Shown here: positions 51,241-64,000 of the stretch, piece after piece
How the letters are laid out: each line of letters opens with the position of its first letter
Numbering within the stretch: the stretch's first letter is position 1
Source of the DNA: Squalus acanthias
Lineage: Eukaryota
DNA: 64,000 nucleotides
Direction: 5' to 3'
Assembly (NCBI GenBank): GCA_030390025.1
Contig: CM059432.1
Coordinates: forward strand, 18,974,001-19,038,000
The notes under the pieces: model-generated
Databases searched by the model: none
What the model was told of the DNA's origin: nothing
Seen by the model: the letters and a program-made list of their open reading frames with translations, nothing else
Translations under genes and position numbers: made by a program

Positions 51241-51517
51241 TTTTTTTGGTCAGCTGGGTGTCGAACATGCAGAAACACATCACCATGTTTAAGAACCTCT
51301 GAAGCAATCTACTGAGAAATTTCCTGCGTATAGTGCGTACAATCTCCACTTACCTAAATTCAGAGAGATTTGGCATCTCCAGAGCCAAGGGGTAGGATCC
51401 GATTAGTGTATACTGTGCTAATCTGTAATGTGATTAGGGATACTGCTAACATTTTAGCAGCTAAAAAACTTGCAATTTACCCGTACAGAATATTGGTAAG
51501 CTTCTTGCAGCTTGTAC

Positions 51518-52775
51518 AACAACAACAACCTGCATTTATATTGCACCTTTCACATTGTAAAATGTCTCAAGGCACTTCACAGGAGCATTATCCAACACAA
51601 TTTGACACCGAGCCACATAAGGAGATATTAGGGCAGGTGACCAAAAGCTTAAGAACATAAGAGATAGGAGCAGGAGTAGGCCATTCGGCCCCTCAAGCTT
51701 GCTCTGCCATTCAATAAGATCATGGCTGATCTTCTACCTCATCTCCACTTTCCTGCATTATCCCCATATCCCTTGATTCCCTTAATATCCGAAAATCTAT
51801 CGATCTCTGTCTTGAATATCCTCAATGACTGAACCTCCACAGTCCGCTGGGATAGAGAATTTCAAAGATTCACCACCCTCTGAGTGAAGAAATTTCTCCT
51901 CATCTCAGTCCTAAATGGCCGACCCCTTATTCTGAGACTGTGACCCCTGGTTCTAGACTCCCCAGCCAGGGGAAACATCCTCCCTGCATCTACCATGTCA
52001 AGCCCTGTAAGAATTTTGTATGTTTCAATGAGATCGCCTCTCATTCTTCTAAACTCTAGAGAATATAGGCCTAGTCTACTCAATCTCTCCTCATAGGACA
52101 ATCCCCCCATCCCAGGAACCAGTCTGGTGAACCTTCGTTGCACTCCCTCTATGGCAATTATATCCTTCCTTAGGTAAGGAGACCAAAACTGTACACAATA
52201 CTCCAGGTGTGGTCTCACCGGGGCCCTATATAAGTCTAAGAGGTAGGTTTCAAGGAGCTCCTTAAAGGAGGAGAGAGAGGTAGAGGTGGAGAGGTTTAGG
52301 AAGGAAATTCCAGACCTTAGGGCCTAAGCAGCTGAAGGCACGGCCACCAATGGTGGAGCGATGAAAATTGGGGATGCTCAAGAGGCCAGAATTGGAAGAT
52401 TGCAGAGATCACGAATGGTTGTAGGGCTGGAGGAGGTTACAGAGATAGGGAGGGGTGAGGCATGGAGGGATTTGAAAACAAGGATGAGAATTTTAAAATC
52501 TAGGTGTTGCCGGACCGGCCAATGTAGGTCAGTGAGCACAGGTGTGATGGGTGAACGGAACTTGGTACAACTTAGGATATGGGCAGTCGTGTTTCGGATG
52601 AGCTCAAGCTCATGGAGAGTGCAAGGTGGAAGACCAGCCGGGAGAGAATTGGAATAGTCAAGTATAGAAGTAACAAAGCATGGATGAGCGTCTTAGCATC
52701 AGGTGAGCTGCGGCAGGGCGGAGGCAGGCAATGTTACGGAGGTGGAAATCGGCGGTCTTTGTGGATATGTGGAGC
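51518..52775 (-). mobile_element. L2 3' fragment interrupted by a CR1 3' fragment (51650-52232)
   Basis: (CAA)n tail then L2 3' end. CR1 ORF 51862-52218 [14 protein letters not shown]2 resumes at ~52235. Confidence 0.8.
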
Positions 52776-52794
52776 TGAATTCCAACCTTTAGTG

Positions 52795-53030
52795 ACCTTT
52801 ACCCAGAGAGTGGTGAGAATGTGGAACTCGCTACCACAGGGAATAGTTGAGGTGTATAGTATAGATGCATTTAAGGGAAAGCTAGATAAGCATATGAGGG
52901 AGAAGAGAATAGAAGGTTATGCTGATAGAGTTAGATGAGGAAAGACGGGAGGAGGCTTGAAGGGAGCATAAACGCCAGCATGGACTGGCTGGGCAGAATG
53001 ACCTGTGTCTGTGCTGTATATTCTATGTTC
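52795..53030 (+). mobile_element. CR1 3' fragment
   Basis: FTQRVVRMWNSLP...FKGKLDKHM. Confidence 0.8.
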
Positions 53031-54594
53031 CATTAGTGGACAAGACTGGCTGGTCAATTATCAGCAGTGCTTAAAACCTGTCTGGTTCAGGTACTGGATT
53101 GCTGCCTCTGCCACAAAAGATTTACATAGTTCTGACATTATAACACTAGCTATGTCATCTTGGAGCCATTTTGGGCCCAAAGAGACCCCATTTCCCTCCT
53201 CTCAAGAAAGACTCTACAACTACCAAACACAGGTTTAAACCCTCAGTATTGGACGCACCTTACGAGCATGGTAGGCAGCAGCACCAATCATGTGTAAGCT
53301 TTTTAAATTTGTTCTTGGAACAACATTTCTGGTTGATCCCTAGTTGCCCTAACAACCATTCCTAGTTGCCCGCAACAACCATCCCTAATTGCCCCCAACA
53401 AACAAATGGCTTGGTAGACCACCTTAGAAGGCATTAAGAATCAACCACATATTGTGGGACTGAAGTGATGTGTAGTAACTGATTAGCAGTTGGAGATCAA
53501 TTCCCTTCCCTGAAGGACTTAGTGAACCAACTGGGTTTTTTGTGGCAATCTATTGGCCTTCGTGGCCAGTTTTGTGGTTATAGCCCTCAAATTCCCAGGT
53601 TTATTTAATTCAATTTCACTATTTGGTGAGATTTAGAACTCACAACCTTTACGTTATTAGTCTAGTACCATAACCACTACGCTACCATCCTCCTGACCAC
53701 AGTGTGGACACACATCATACAGCCTGTTGAACCTGAAGCAGAGTTTCAGCAGCAGCTGCTGCTTGCCTCCCTGCAACCCAATTAGGTTAGGCACTGAGCT
53801 TTGGCTATAATAGCCCATGTTCTCATACTTAGCCTCTAGTTAATGCATTCCAGCCACAGTTATCTCAATTAACAGCGTTTCTTGATGAGCTATGCAATAG
53901 ATACCTGCCTTCAATGTGGTGAAAGTTTGTAACGACCCAAATTTTAAAGAGCTGTGTAACTGTAACCCTAAACCTCCCTCTTCCTCTACTGCATTGAGAA
54001 CTTTTGCTGAACTGTGGTCAGGTTCGTGTTGTGAGCCCCCAAGCGCTAGGAACTAGTTTGACACAGCCCCAACAGAAACACAATACCCCGAGGCAAGGAA
54101 GTCTTACCTGGGGAAAATAAACATGACGGTACTACTGAATAGTTGAATTCCTGGTTTGCAATGCATTTTGAATGGTAATACCTTTTTTTCTTCATTGATA
54201 TACTTCATTCCAAATTAGCCTTTGTTAAGTTCAGCAGATTGGTTCCACATAAAGTACAGAATGGAGCTTTTTAAATGAGTCAACACTGAGAACTGATCAA
54301 TAAACCTTGCTTCCCCAAAGGACAGCTGAATTTGCAACTATTAACCAGGAAAAGCATCAAAAATGCAGGGTTTGATTAAAAGGTAACAGGCAAGGTTCAA
54401 AATTAATTAAGAAATTCCACAGCTGCTTAAAAATGATAAACATGATAAATCATAATGGTAGATTTGCAGCTTACTGCCCAGGTGTAAAATTTGCGTTGTG
54501 GTTTGGCTGCTGTTAAAGAACCCGCCATATTTTCACTTCCATTGAAGTCTATGACTAATGTTCGTCCTACGTATATGTGACACCCTGAGGTATG

Positions 54595-54897
54595 ATGTCC
54601 TTCAATTCTGACCTTCAATTCTGGCCTCTTTTAGTCTCCTCAATTTTAATTGCTCCATCATTGGTGGCCGTGCCTTCAGCTACCTCATCCTTAAGCTCTG
54701 GAACTCCCTCCCTAAACCTCTCCACCTCTCTCCCCACCTTTAAGACGCTCCTTAAAACCTACCTCTGTGACCAACCTGTCCTAATATCTCATTAAGTGGC
54801 TTGGTGTCAAATTTTGTTTGATAACACTCCTACAAAGCGCCTTGAGACGTCTTACTACGTTAAAGGCGCTTTTTTATGAATGCAAGTTGTTGTTGTT
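54595..54897 (+). mobile_element. L2 3' end fragment
   Basis: ggtggccgtgccttcagc...ctctggaactccctccct...(GTT)n tail. Confidence 0.7.
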
Positions 54898-55089
54898 TGA
54901 TGCCCTGTATTGTGACCCTTTTAGGTGTGAAGCCTTTGAAAGGCATGATGCGATGGACACATGCAAGACTTTTAAATATTTATTGTATAATCCACAGTTT
55001 TTAAACAGTGGGTTGACTGCCTCATGTTTTGTTTCCTTAAAACATAATTTCTATTAAAAAGTATTCTCTATGCATGGTATTCTCCCTTT

Positions 55090-55115
55090 CTATGTATGTA
55101 TGTATGTATGTATGT
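55090..55115. repeat. (TATG)n microsatellite
   Basis: About six TATG units read directly. Confidence 0.9.
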
Positions 55116-55136
55116 GGGTTCTGATTTATCTTAACT

Positions 55137-56525
55137 AATCATAGAATGATACAGCACAGAACATTCTGCCTATGCCGGCTCTTTGGTAGAGCTATCCAAT
55201 TAATTCCACTCCCCTGCTCTTTCCTCATAGCTCTGTAAACTTTTTTGCTTCAAATATGTGTCCAATTCTCTTTTGAAAGTTACTATTGAATCTGCTTCCA
55301 CCGCCCTTTCAGGCAGCGCGTTCCAGAACACAACAACTCGCTGTGTAAAAAAATGTTTCCTCATGTCGCCTCTGGTTCGTATGCCAATCACCTTAAATCT
55401 GTGTTCACTGGTTACCGACCCTTCTGCCACTGGAAATAGTTTCTACTTAATTACTCTGTCAAAACCATTCATGATTTTGAACACTTCTATCAAATCTCGT
55501 CTTAACTTTCTCTGCTCTAAGAGAAGAACTCCAACTTCTCCAGCCTCTCCACATAACTGAAGTCCCTCATCCCTGGTACCATTCTAGTAAATCTCCTCTG
55601 CACCCTCTACAAGGCCTTGACATCCGTGCTAGAGTGCGGTGCCCAGAATTGAACACAATACTCAGTTGAGGCCGAACCAGTATTTTATAAAGGTTTAGTA
55701 TAACTTCCTTGCTTTTGTACACTATTCCTCTATTAATAAGGATTCCCATATGCCTTTTTAACTTGTCCTGCCAAATGCTTTTGTTCCCCAAATGCTTTCC
55801 CACTGAAACTTGCTCCACTTCATTGCCCAGAACTAGATCCAGCATGGCTTCCTTCTCGTTAGGCTGGAAACAAGAAAGTTCTCTTGTACACATTTCAGGA
55901 ATTGCCCCCCCTCTTTGCCCATTACTCTGTTACTATCCCAGTCTATATTAGGAAAATTGAAGTCCCCCATTATCACTACTCTGTAGTTCTTGCATCTTTC
56001 TGTAATTTGCCTGCAAATTTGCTCCTCTATCTCCTTCCCACTATTTGGTGGCCTATACTATACACCCAGTAGCGTAACAGCTCCTCTATTACTTAATTCT
56101 AACCAAGTAGACTCTGTCCTTAACCCCTCATCTACATCATCCCTCTCCAGTGCTATAATAGTTTCTTTGATCAATTCTGCCACACCCCCTCCTTTTTTTC
56201 CTTCCCTATCTTTCCTGAATACCTTGTTGCCAGGAATATTAAGTTCCCAATCCTGCCTTCTTTGAGCCAGGTCTCTGTTATTGCCACTATATCATAGTCC
56301 CATGTGGCGACTTGTGCCTGCAGCTCACCAATCTTATTTACCACACGACATGCATTTACGTACATGCACTCCAAATGCATCTCAGACTGCCTTGCATTTG
56401 CCTCCCGTCTGATCCCTCCTATTTCTGAACTATTCTTTACTCTAGTGCTATTTGCTTCTCCAGTCCTCTGTGCACCTCATTTCTCCTCTGTAATGTTTTA
56501 TCCTGGTGCCCATCGCCCTGCCAAA
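55137..56525 (-). mobile_element. CR1 with a large internal deletion (endonuclease joined to the 3' end)
   Basis: YVNACR, AITETW, LDLVLGN joined to the RT C-terminus near 55770. Confidence 0.85.
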
Positions 56526-56934
56526 TGAGAGATGATTTTCTGACTGAAACCCACAGCTCAAATGGATCCCAATCAGGATCTGAAAGATAAATGATATAAG
56601 AAGATATAAGGAATGCTGGAAACACACAGCAGGCTAGTCAGAGTCATCTGCAAATAATTCCTGCTGCTTTAACAACACTAGGAATCCTTTCACTTCTCTC
56701 CAATCTTTGAATACTTAAATCCTCAGAAGGGAATTTACATTTTCTTTCTTGCATAATACAGCAAGGGGTTGAAATCAGGAACATGAAAGGAATTTGAACG
56801 AGGGCAGCTACAGTGAGCTTACTAAAACATTTCAGAGACAATTTCCAGGAAGGCTTTTGAAACGTAAAAGGTCATTTTTTTGGCTTTGCACTGTCAGCAG
56901 GGAAAAAGAAAGAAAAGAAAAGGAAAGAAAGTCA

Positions 56935-57205
56935 GAAATGCATTTGTATAGCACCTTTCACAACCTCAGGATGTTCCAACCAATGAAGTATTTTTGAAGT
57001 ATCGTCACTGTTGTAATGTAGGAAACGCGGCAGCCAATTTATATACAGTAAAATAAGCAATGAAAAATGACCAGATAAATCTGTTTTAGTGATGTTGGTT
57101 GAGAGATAAATGTTGGGGAGAACTCCTCTGCTCTTCTTCGAATAGCATCATGAGATCTTTTGCATCCTCCTGAGAGGGCAGAGGGGCCTCGGATTAACGT
57201 CTCAT
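56935..57205 (-). mobile_element. DeuSINE-like SINE 3' part (target of the CR1 at 57206)
   Basis: Matches 14515-14812; short continuation at 60324. Confidence 0.75.
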
Positions 57206-60200
57206 AAGAACATAAGAAATAAGAGCAGGAGTCGGCCATACGGCCCCTCGAGCCTGCTCCGCCATTCAATAAGATCATGGCTGATCATCGACCTCAACTC
57301 CACTTTCCCGCCCGATCTCCATATCCCTTGATTCCCCTAGAGTCCAAAAATCTATCTATCGCAGCCTTGAATATACTCAAAGACTCAGCATTCACAGCCC
57401 TCTGGGACAGAGAATTCCAAAAATTCACAATCCTCTGAGTGAAGAAATTCCTCCTCATCTCAGTCTTAAATGGCCGACTGTTTATCCTGAGACTATGCCC
57501 CCTAGTTCTAGACACTCCAGCCAAGGGAAACAACCTCTCAGCATCTACCCTGTCAATCCCCTTCAGAATATTGTATATTTCAATGAGATCACCTCTCATT
57601 CTTCTAAACTACAGACAGTATAGGCCCATTCTACACAATTTCTCATCATAGGCCATCCCTCTCATCCCAGAAATCAATCTAGTGAACCTTCGTTGCACCG
57701 CCTCCAAGGCAAGTATATCCTTCCTTAGATAAGGAGACCAAAACTGTGCACAGTACTCCAGGTGTGGTCTCACCAAGGCCCTGTACAATTGTAGCAAGAC
57801 TTCCTTACTCTTATACTCCAACCCCCTCGCAATAAAGGCCAACATGTAATTTGCCTTCCTTATTGCTTGCTGTACCTGCATGCTAACTTTCTGTGTTTCT
57901 TGCATGAGGACACCCAAATCTCTCTGAACACCAACATTTGAAAGTTTCTCAGCATTTAAAAAATATTCTGTTTTTCTATTCTTCCTACCGAAGTGAATAA
58001 CCTCACATTTCCCTACATTATACTCCATCTTCCACCTTACTGCCCATTCACTTAGTCTATCTATATCCCTTTGCAGACTCTGTGTTCTCCTCACAGCTTA
58101 CTATCCTACCTAGCTTTGTATCATCAGCAAACTTGGATGCATTACACTCGGTCCCTTCATCTAGGTCCTTAATATAGATTGTAAATAGCTGAGGCCCCAA
58201 CACTGATCCCCACTAGTTATAGCCTGCCAACCGGAAAAAGATCCATTTATCCCTACTCTTTATTTTCTGTCCGTTAACCAATCCTCTATCCATACTACAT
58301 ATTACCCCCAACCCAGTGAGCCCCAATCTTGTGTAATAACCTTTTATGTGGCACCTTATCGAATGACTTTTGGAAATCCAAATATACTACATCCACTGGG
58401 TCCCCTTTATCTACCCTGCTAGTTACATCCTCAAAAAACTCTAATAAATTTGTCAAACACGATTTCCCTTTCATAAAACCATGTTGACTCTGCCTAATTA
58501 TGTTATGATTTTCTAAGTGCCCTGATACCACTTTCTTAGCAATGAATTCCAGCATTTTCCTGACGACTGATGTCAAGCTAACTGGCCTGTAGTTCCCTGT
58601 TTTCTCTCTCCCTCCTTTCTTGAATAGCGGTGTTACATTTGCGACCTTCCAATCCGCTGGAACCATTCTAGAATCTAGGGAATTTTGGAAGATCAAAACC
58701 AATGCATTCACTATCTCTTCAGCCACCTCTTTTCGAACCCTAGGATGTAGGCCATCAGGTCATGGGGATTTGTCGGCTTTTAGTCCTATTAGTTTCTCTC
58801 GTACTTTTTCTCTACTTATATTAATTACGTTAAGTTCCTCACCCTCATTAGACCCTTGGTTCCCCACCATTTTTGGTATGCTTTTTGTGTCTTCTACTGT
58901 GAAGACAGATACAAAATATTTGTTTAACATTTCTGCCATTTCATTATTCCCCATAATAATTTCTCCTGTCTCAGCCTCTAAGGGACCAACATTTACTTTT
59001 GCTACTCTCTTCCTTTTTACATACTTATAGAAGCTCTTACAATCTGCTTTTATATTTCTTGCTAGTCTTCTCTCATATTCTATTTTTTCCCTTTTTATCA
59101 ATTTTTTGATCAACCTTTGCTGATTTCTGAAACTCTCCCAATCGTCAGGCTTACTATTATTCTTTGCAACATTATAAGCTTCTTCTTTCAATCCAATGCT
59201 ATCCTTAACTTCTTTAGTTAGCCACGGTTGGATCACTTTTCCCGTGGAGTTTTTGTTTCTCAATGGAATGTATTTTTGTTGAGAATTATGAAATATTTCT
59301 TTAAATGTTAGCTACTGCTTATCTACCGCCATACTTTTTAATCTATTTTTCCAATCTACCTTAGCCAACTCACCCCTCATACCTATGTAATTGGCTTATT
59401 TAAGTTTAAGACTCTAGTTTCAGACTTAAGCAAGTCACTCTCAAAATTAATGTGAAATTCTATCATATTATGATCACTCTGCCCCAGAGGATCCTTTACT
59501 ATGAGATTGCTAATTAACCCTGTCTCATTAACCCTGTCTACAGTAGAAGATCTAAAATCTAGTCTGTTCCCTGGTTTGTTCCATGACACATTGTTCTAGG
59601 AAACTGTCCCAAATGCATTCCATTAACTCATCCTCCAGACTACCTTTGCCAATTTGATTTGTCCAGTCTATATGAAGATTAAAGTCCCCCAAGATTATTG
59701 CATTACCTTTGTTGCAAGCTCCTACTCTTTCTTGATTAATATTCTGTCCAACGGTACAGCTACCATTAGGGGGCCTATATACTACTCCTACCAGTGTTTT
59801 CTGCCCCTTGTTATTCCGTATCTCCACCCATACTGATTCTACTTCCTGATCTTTCAAGCCGAGATCCTTTCTCGCTATTGTCCTTATGTCATCCTTTATT
59901 ATCAGGGCTATTCCCCCTCCTTTTCCATTCTGCCTGTCTTTTCGAAACGTCAAGTACCCTGGAACTTTTAGTTCCCAACCTTGGTCACCTTGCAACCACG
60001 TCTCTGTAATGGCTATTAGATCAAACCCATTTATCTCTATTTGTGCTACGAGTTCATCTATCTTGTTACGAATGCTTCGTGCATTCAGATAAAGTGCCTT
60101 TAATTTAAATTTTTTACCATTATTCCCTGCTTTGACCTTATTTACTGTTACTGTTAAGCTCTCTGTCCCTTCCTGTCACACTCTGCTTATTTTTACCCAA

Positions 60201-60323
60201 ATCGCTACACTGCTCTATTGCCTTGACCTTTCCCTTTACATTTCTAAATTTCCCCTCACCTGACCCCTCCCCCCCTTTTTTAGTTTAAAACCCTATCTAC
60301 TGCCCGAACTATTGGATTCGCCA
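57206..60323 (-). mobile_element. CR1 LINE: end of ORF1 + whole broken ORF2 + 3'UTR
   Basis: LNARS (~60075), GDFNLHIDW, SDHNMIEF, RT motifs; 7-bp TSD GTCTCAT (57199-57205, 60324-60330). Confidence 0.95.
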
Positions 60324-60457
60324 GTCTCATCCAAAAGAGCTGTACTCTTTTGCGAGGCATATCAGAAATTAGGGCCATACGGCACATGATTTTCCAACCA
60401 TTAATTTAAGTCATCAGAACATTGTGAAGTACCCCAGATTAAGAGAGGTGTACTTAC

Positions 60458-60478
60458 TGGCTGAATCCTCGTGGAATC
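60458..60478 (-). other. Candidate 21-nt microexon of an unidentified host gene
   Basis: ctgctttattttattttactatgtccAG | GATTCCACGAGGATTCAGCCA | GTAAGT. Confidence 0.45.
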
Positions 60479-61257
60479 CTGGACATAGTAAAATAAAATA
60501 AAGCAGTTTATGTAGAACCAGCAATAGGTTAGCAGGCAAGTTCCATTCTTCATACAGTGAAGTAAGGTTCAAAACAAACAACTAACATCAGACAAATACT
60601 ATTATTTGTAATCTGGTATGGTATTGTATCATATCATATCGTATTATACTGTTTCTCATTCAGTAGCTTTTCAGACCAGGCATTATACACCTTACAGAGT
60701 GCTACATCTGCTAACAATGGAGAGAGACCGAGAGAAATATTGAGTTTAGGATGTGAGAAAATCTAAAAGAATACAGAGAAATACCAGGGTTTATTCTAAA
60801 TTTATGCTTTAGGGCTGTAAAACATCAATTGAAATTTAACGGGACTGCCCACAAGATGGTTTATTTTTTCTTAGCACATCTCTCCAACAACAAGGTTTAG
60901 AGTTGAAAGACCTTTAGAACCACAATTAATGGCTCTACAATTGTCACGTGTGAATCGCAGATGTAGGGATTTGTGTGCTTAATAACTTTATCACTACCGA
61001 GCTCCTTGACAGTCTTACAAACTCAACATTTACTTCACACAGCATTGTGTAATGCTATTTTATTAATCCAACCAAGCTGTTACATTCACTGAACCACAAA
61101 GAGTATCTTGAATTAGATTTTGTTATTTCATATATTTTTCCCTGAAGTCCCTTTGATGATTCCTTCAGAAGTGACTCTCAGATAAATTCTGCCTGCAGGC
61201 AAGCAGATTTCCTCCTGTGCCAGTACTAAAAGCAACTTGTATTTATATAGCACCTTT

Positions 61258-62090
61258 AGGAACATAGGAACATGAATATAGGAACATAGGAACAGGAGTA
61301 GGCCATTCAGCTCCTCGAACCTCTTCCGTCATTCAAGTAGATCATGGATGATCTGTATCTTAACTTCATTCACCCACCTTGGTTTCATAAACCTTAATAC
61401 CCTTTCCTAACAAAATTCTATCAATCTCAATTTTTAAATTTTCCTATTGACCTAGAATCATAGAATGATACAGTACAGATGGAGGTCATTCGCCCATCGT
61501 ACCTCTGCCAGCTCTTTGAAAGAGCTAGCCTCAACAGCTCTTCGGTGGAGAACGTATCAGATTTCCACCACCGTGTGTGTGAAGAAGTGCTTCCTAGCAT
61601 CACGCTTGAATTGCCTAGCTCTAATTTTAAGGTTATGCCCCCTTGTTCTGGACTTCCCAACCAGAGGAAATACCCCATCAAATACACAAATCACCAAAGT
61701 AGCGACACATGATAATAAGACCATAAAAAAAAGCATACAGAGCACTGGGGTTCATTTCTAGAGGAATAGAATTGAAAAGCAGAGAAGTTATGCTAAGCTT
61801 ATAAAGAACCTTGGTTAGACCACACTTAGAGTACTGTGCTCAGTTCTGGTCTCCATATTATAAAAAGGATATAGAAGCACTGGTGAAGGTGCAAAAAAGA
61901 TTTACATGGATGATACCAGAACTGAGAGGTTATACCCATCAGGAAAGATTGAACAGGCTGGGGCTCTTTTTTCTAGAATAGAGAATGCTGAGGGATGACC
62001 TGATATAGATCTTTAAGGTTGTGAAAGGGTTTGATAGGTTCTCTTATGTGGAACCTTATCGAATGCCTTCTGGAAGTCCGTATAAATAAC
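61258..62090. mobile_element. Old CR1 fragments in both orientations (61258-61680 minus, 61740-62040 plus)
   Basis: Tail aggaacat repeats; [27 protein letters not shown]. Confidence 0.75.
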
Positions 62091-62750
62091 GGGGGAGAAA
62101 TTCGGTATCGCCCAGGAAGGGGCACTAACTTTTGAGAAGTTGGAAATTTAGCGTCAGGCGCTAATCAATCTCGCTGCCCGCTAAATTCAGTCTCCACGCT
62201 CAAAGAATGCAGAGGGGCGCTAATGGCGCAGGTGAGTGGCGTTAGGCTCCAAGCGATAACGAATGAGGTGTTGTGTAATCGGGAGTGAGCATTGGCGCAG
62301 GCGCCTTCCAGCCATTAAAGGGGAGGGTCACTGGAGTCTGCACACCAGCCCCCAATGATTCGGGGAGTGCAGAACGGCGATATGCTGTCAGATGAAATGC
62401 AAAGTGCTTTGACGACCCACAACACTCTGGGGACTACGCAGCCTTTATTTGGCTGCAGATACATCCTGCGCTCTCTGCCACTCATATCTATCCTTTGGAA
62501 CGGAAGTTCCTTGACAGCTGGGGTGCATCCCTTTAAGTAGCGTCCGCCAGCCAGCTGGTTCACGCCTCCGCTCCCTGGTGCTGTCGGCGCGAGGTGGTAA
62601 GGCAGGGGGGCGCTACTGAAGTTTGCAGATCGGGCGCCCAGCGAGCGTTGCACACTCGCTGACATCACGATCTGCATAGCGAAAGGAACAGAGGCGCTAA
62701 CTGTTATTGCCGGCACTAACTGGGGCGCTAACCTATTGAATTTTGCCTCC
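62091..62750. mobile_element. Harbinger-like non-autonomous element related to the 18989 and 37940 copies
   Basis: TIRs GGGGGAGAAATTC...GAATTTTGCCTCC, 3-bp TSD AAC, many TTAGCGCC/GGCGCTAA motifs. Confidence 0.7.
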
Positions 62751-63323
62751 AACATCCCTCATCTAGGGTTACTGAAAGCTTGGTCAAAGAGATTTTTTTC
62801 TGAGGTTTTAATAGATGCAGAGGTTCTTTAGGACAGGATTCCACCACCTCTCCTGCTGCCTCTCGCCCCACCAACATGTTTTCCAAGTCCTGCTCCCATT
62901 TTCTGCTCCTTCATCGTCAACCCTTACGTTTAGGCCTTTCCCCTCTCTAACATGCTTGGCTGTGTTTTGGCTGTTCCAAGTTCATCCAAACCCAGATAGC
63001 AGAAGGAAGCCAACCATTGAAGGGAGTTGGTAAGCTGATGGAGCATATCAACAGCTCACAACTGAGGACAAACAGCACTATGGGCACTGAAATTATGTCA
63101 CAGCCATGGTGTGCTGAATTCTACAAGAAGTAAGACACATCCCACAGGATCAAGGCACTGCAAATCATGCTAGTTGTGAACCATTCAGATGACCCATGTC
63201 TTTCAACACCTGATATCAACTCTCTCCACTCACCAGGAAACTCACCCTGATAAACATGTTATCGTGCAGTCCTGAGTCACTGTCTGCCTGGTAATTCTCA
63301 CCACTTCCTCTCACAGAGACCTT

Positions 63324-63620
63324 GGGGGGAATTTTGCCGGTGCTCAGGGGGCAGGTTTGGAGGCGGGACTGCTGGCAAAATTGCAAAGATTGACAGCGGG
63401 TCCCGAACCCGCTGTAAACCCGCCTCCATACAATCTTCCCAAGTGTCGGGTCCCCGACTTGCGCAGGGATCTGACACCTAGCGTCGGGAAGAGGATTATA
63501 GGCACTTAACTGCCTGTTAACAGGTAGTTAACAGGCAGTTAAGAGGCTTTTTTCAATTTTGCCAGGTCGACTGCGGGCTTCCCGACAACTGGACACCACG
63601 CCAGGTAAGTGTGGCGTGCA
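63324..63620. mobile_element. Probable DNA transposon end with a perfect internal hairpin
   Basis: GGGGGAATTTT start, CpG-rich; 17-bp perfect inverted repeat 63505-63543. The other end was not found. Confidence 0.4.
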
Positions 63621-64000
63621 GTGGATCTACTGTAATGTTTCTTCATGGATGACAGCTGCAGGAGTTGTGTGAAGGATCCAATGGTACACTGGTGAGTTTT
63701 AGAGGTAAGAAAATGTTGGGAAAATAATTTTAAATGTATTTAGACTTTTCTGTAGGTAATAAGGTTTGAAGTGTTTGTGTAGTCCCACCTCATTGGGAGA
63801 ACCTCTCTCACCAGTGACAGATCGCTTCTGTAACCTCACCTGCAGCTGCCATCTGTTTTATCCTAAGGAGAGAGTCTCTGGATAGCCCGGGGGCAAGGGC
63901 TCACCTTTTTACAGTGATTGGCAGTGTTTGCAGCACCTCAATGCCGTCAAACACTGAAAAACCATCTGTCAAAAAAAAAATGAGTGTGTCCCCTTTGAGA

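Noticed and set aside
82..63033. Many 60-180 aa ORFs antisense to or out of frame with CR1/L2/SINE copies
   Set aside because: They are shadow frames of repeats that recur with each copy, with no independent motifs.

Overview
This is transposon-dense vertebrate DNA, very likely from an elasmobranch (shark or ray): it carries an HE1-like V-SINE, DeuSINE/SacSINE1-like SINEs and many CR1-type LINEs. I recognise no intact host protein-coding gene. Almost all long ORFs are retroelement pieces or their antisense shadows. Contents: about 20 CR1 LINE fragments, an L2 LINE split by a solo LTR and a CR1, a decayed Gypsy pol, several PIF/Harbinger non-autonomous elements plus Myb and DDE transposase remnants, and tRNA-derived SINEs. 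Four signals stand out. (1) A deleted endogenous retrovirus at 37351-40086 (minus) with spuma/foamy-like traits: 1.1-kb LTR, tRNA-Lys1,2-like PBS, 4-bp TSD and foamy-like RNase H. (2) A Neptune-type Penelope-like element inserted in frame into a CR1 RT, giving a 666-aa chimeric ORF. (3) Two minimal hammerhead ribozyme motifs. (4) A set of same-strand (minus) splice signals in the unique DNA: a 21-nt microexon candidate, an AG|GTAAG recursive-splice-like site and a possible terminal exon. These suggest the window lies within long introns of an unidentified minus-strand gene. All calls were read by eye and no searches were run.
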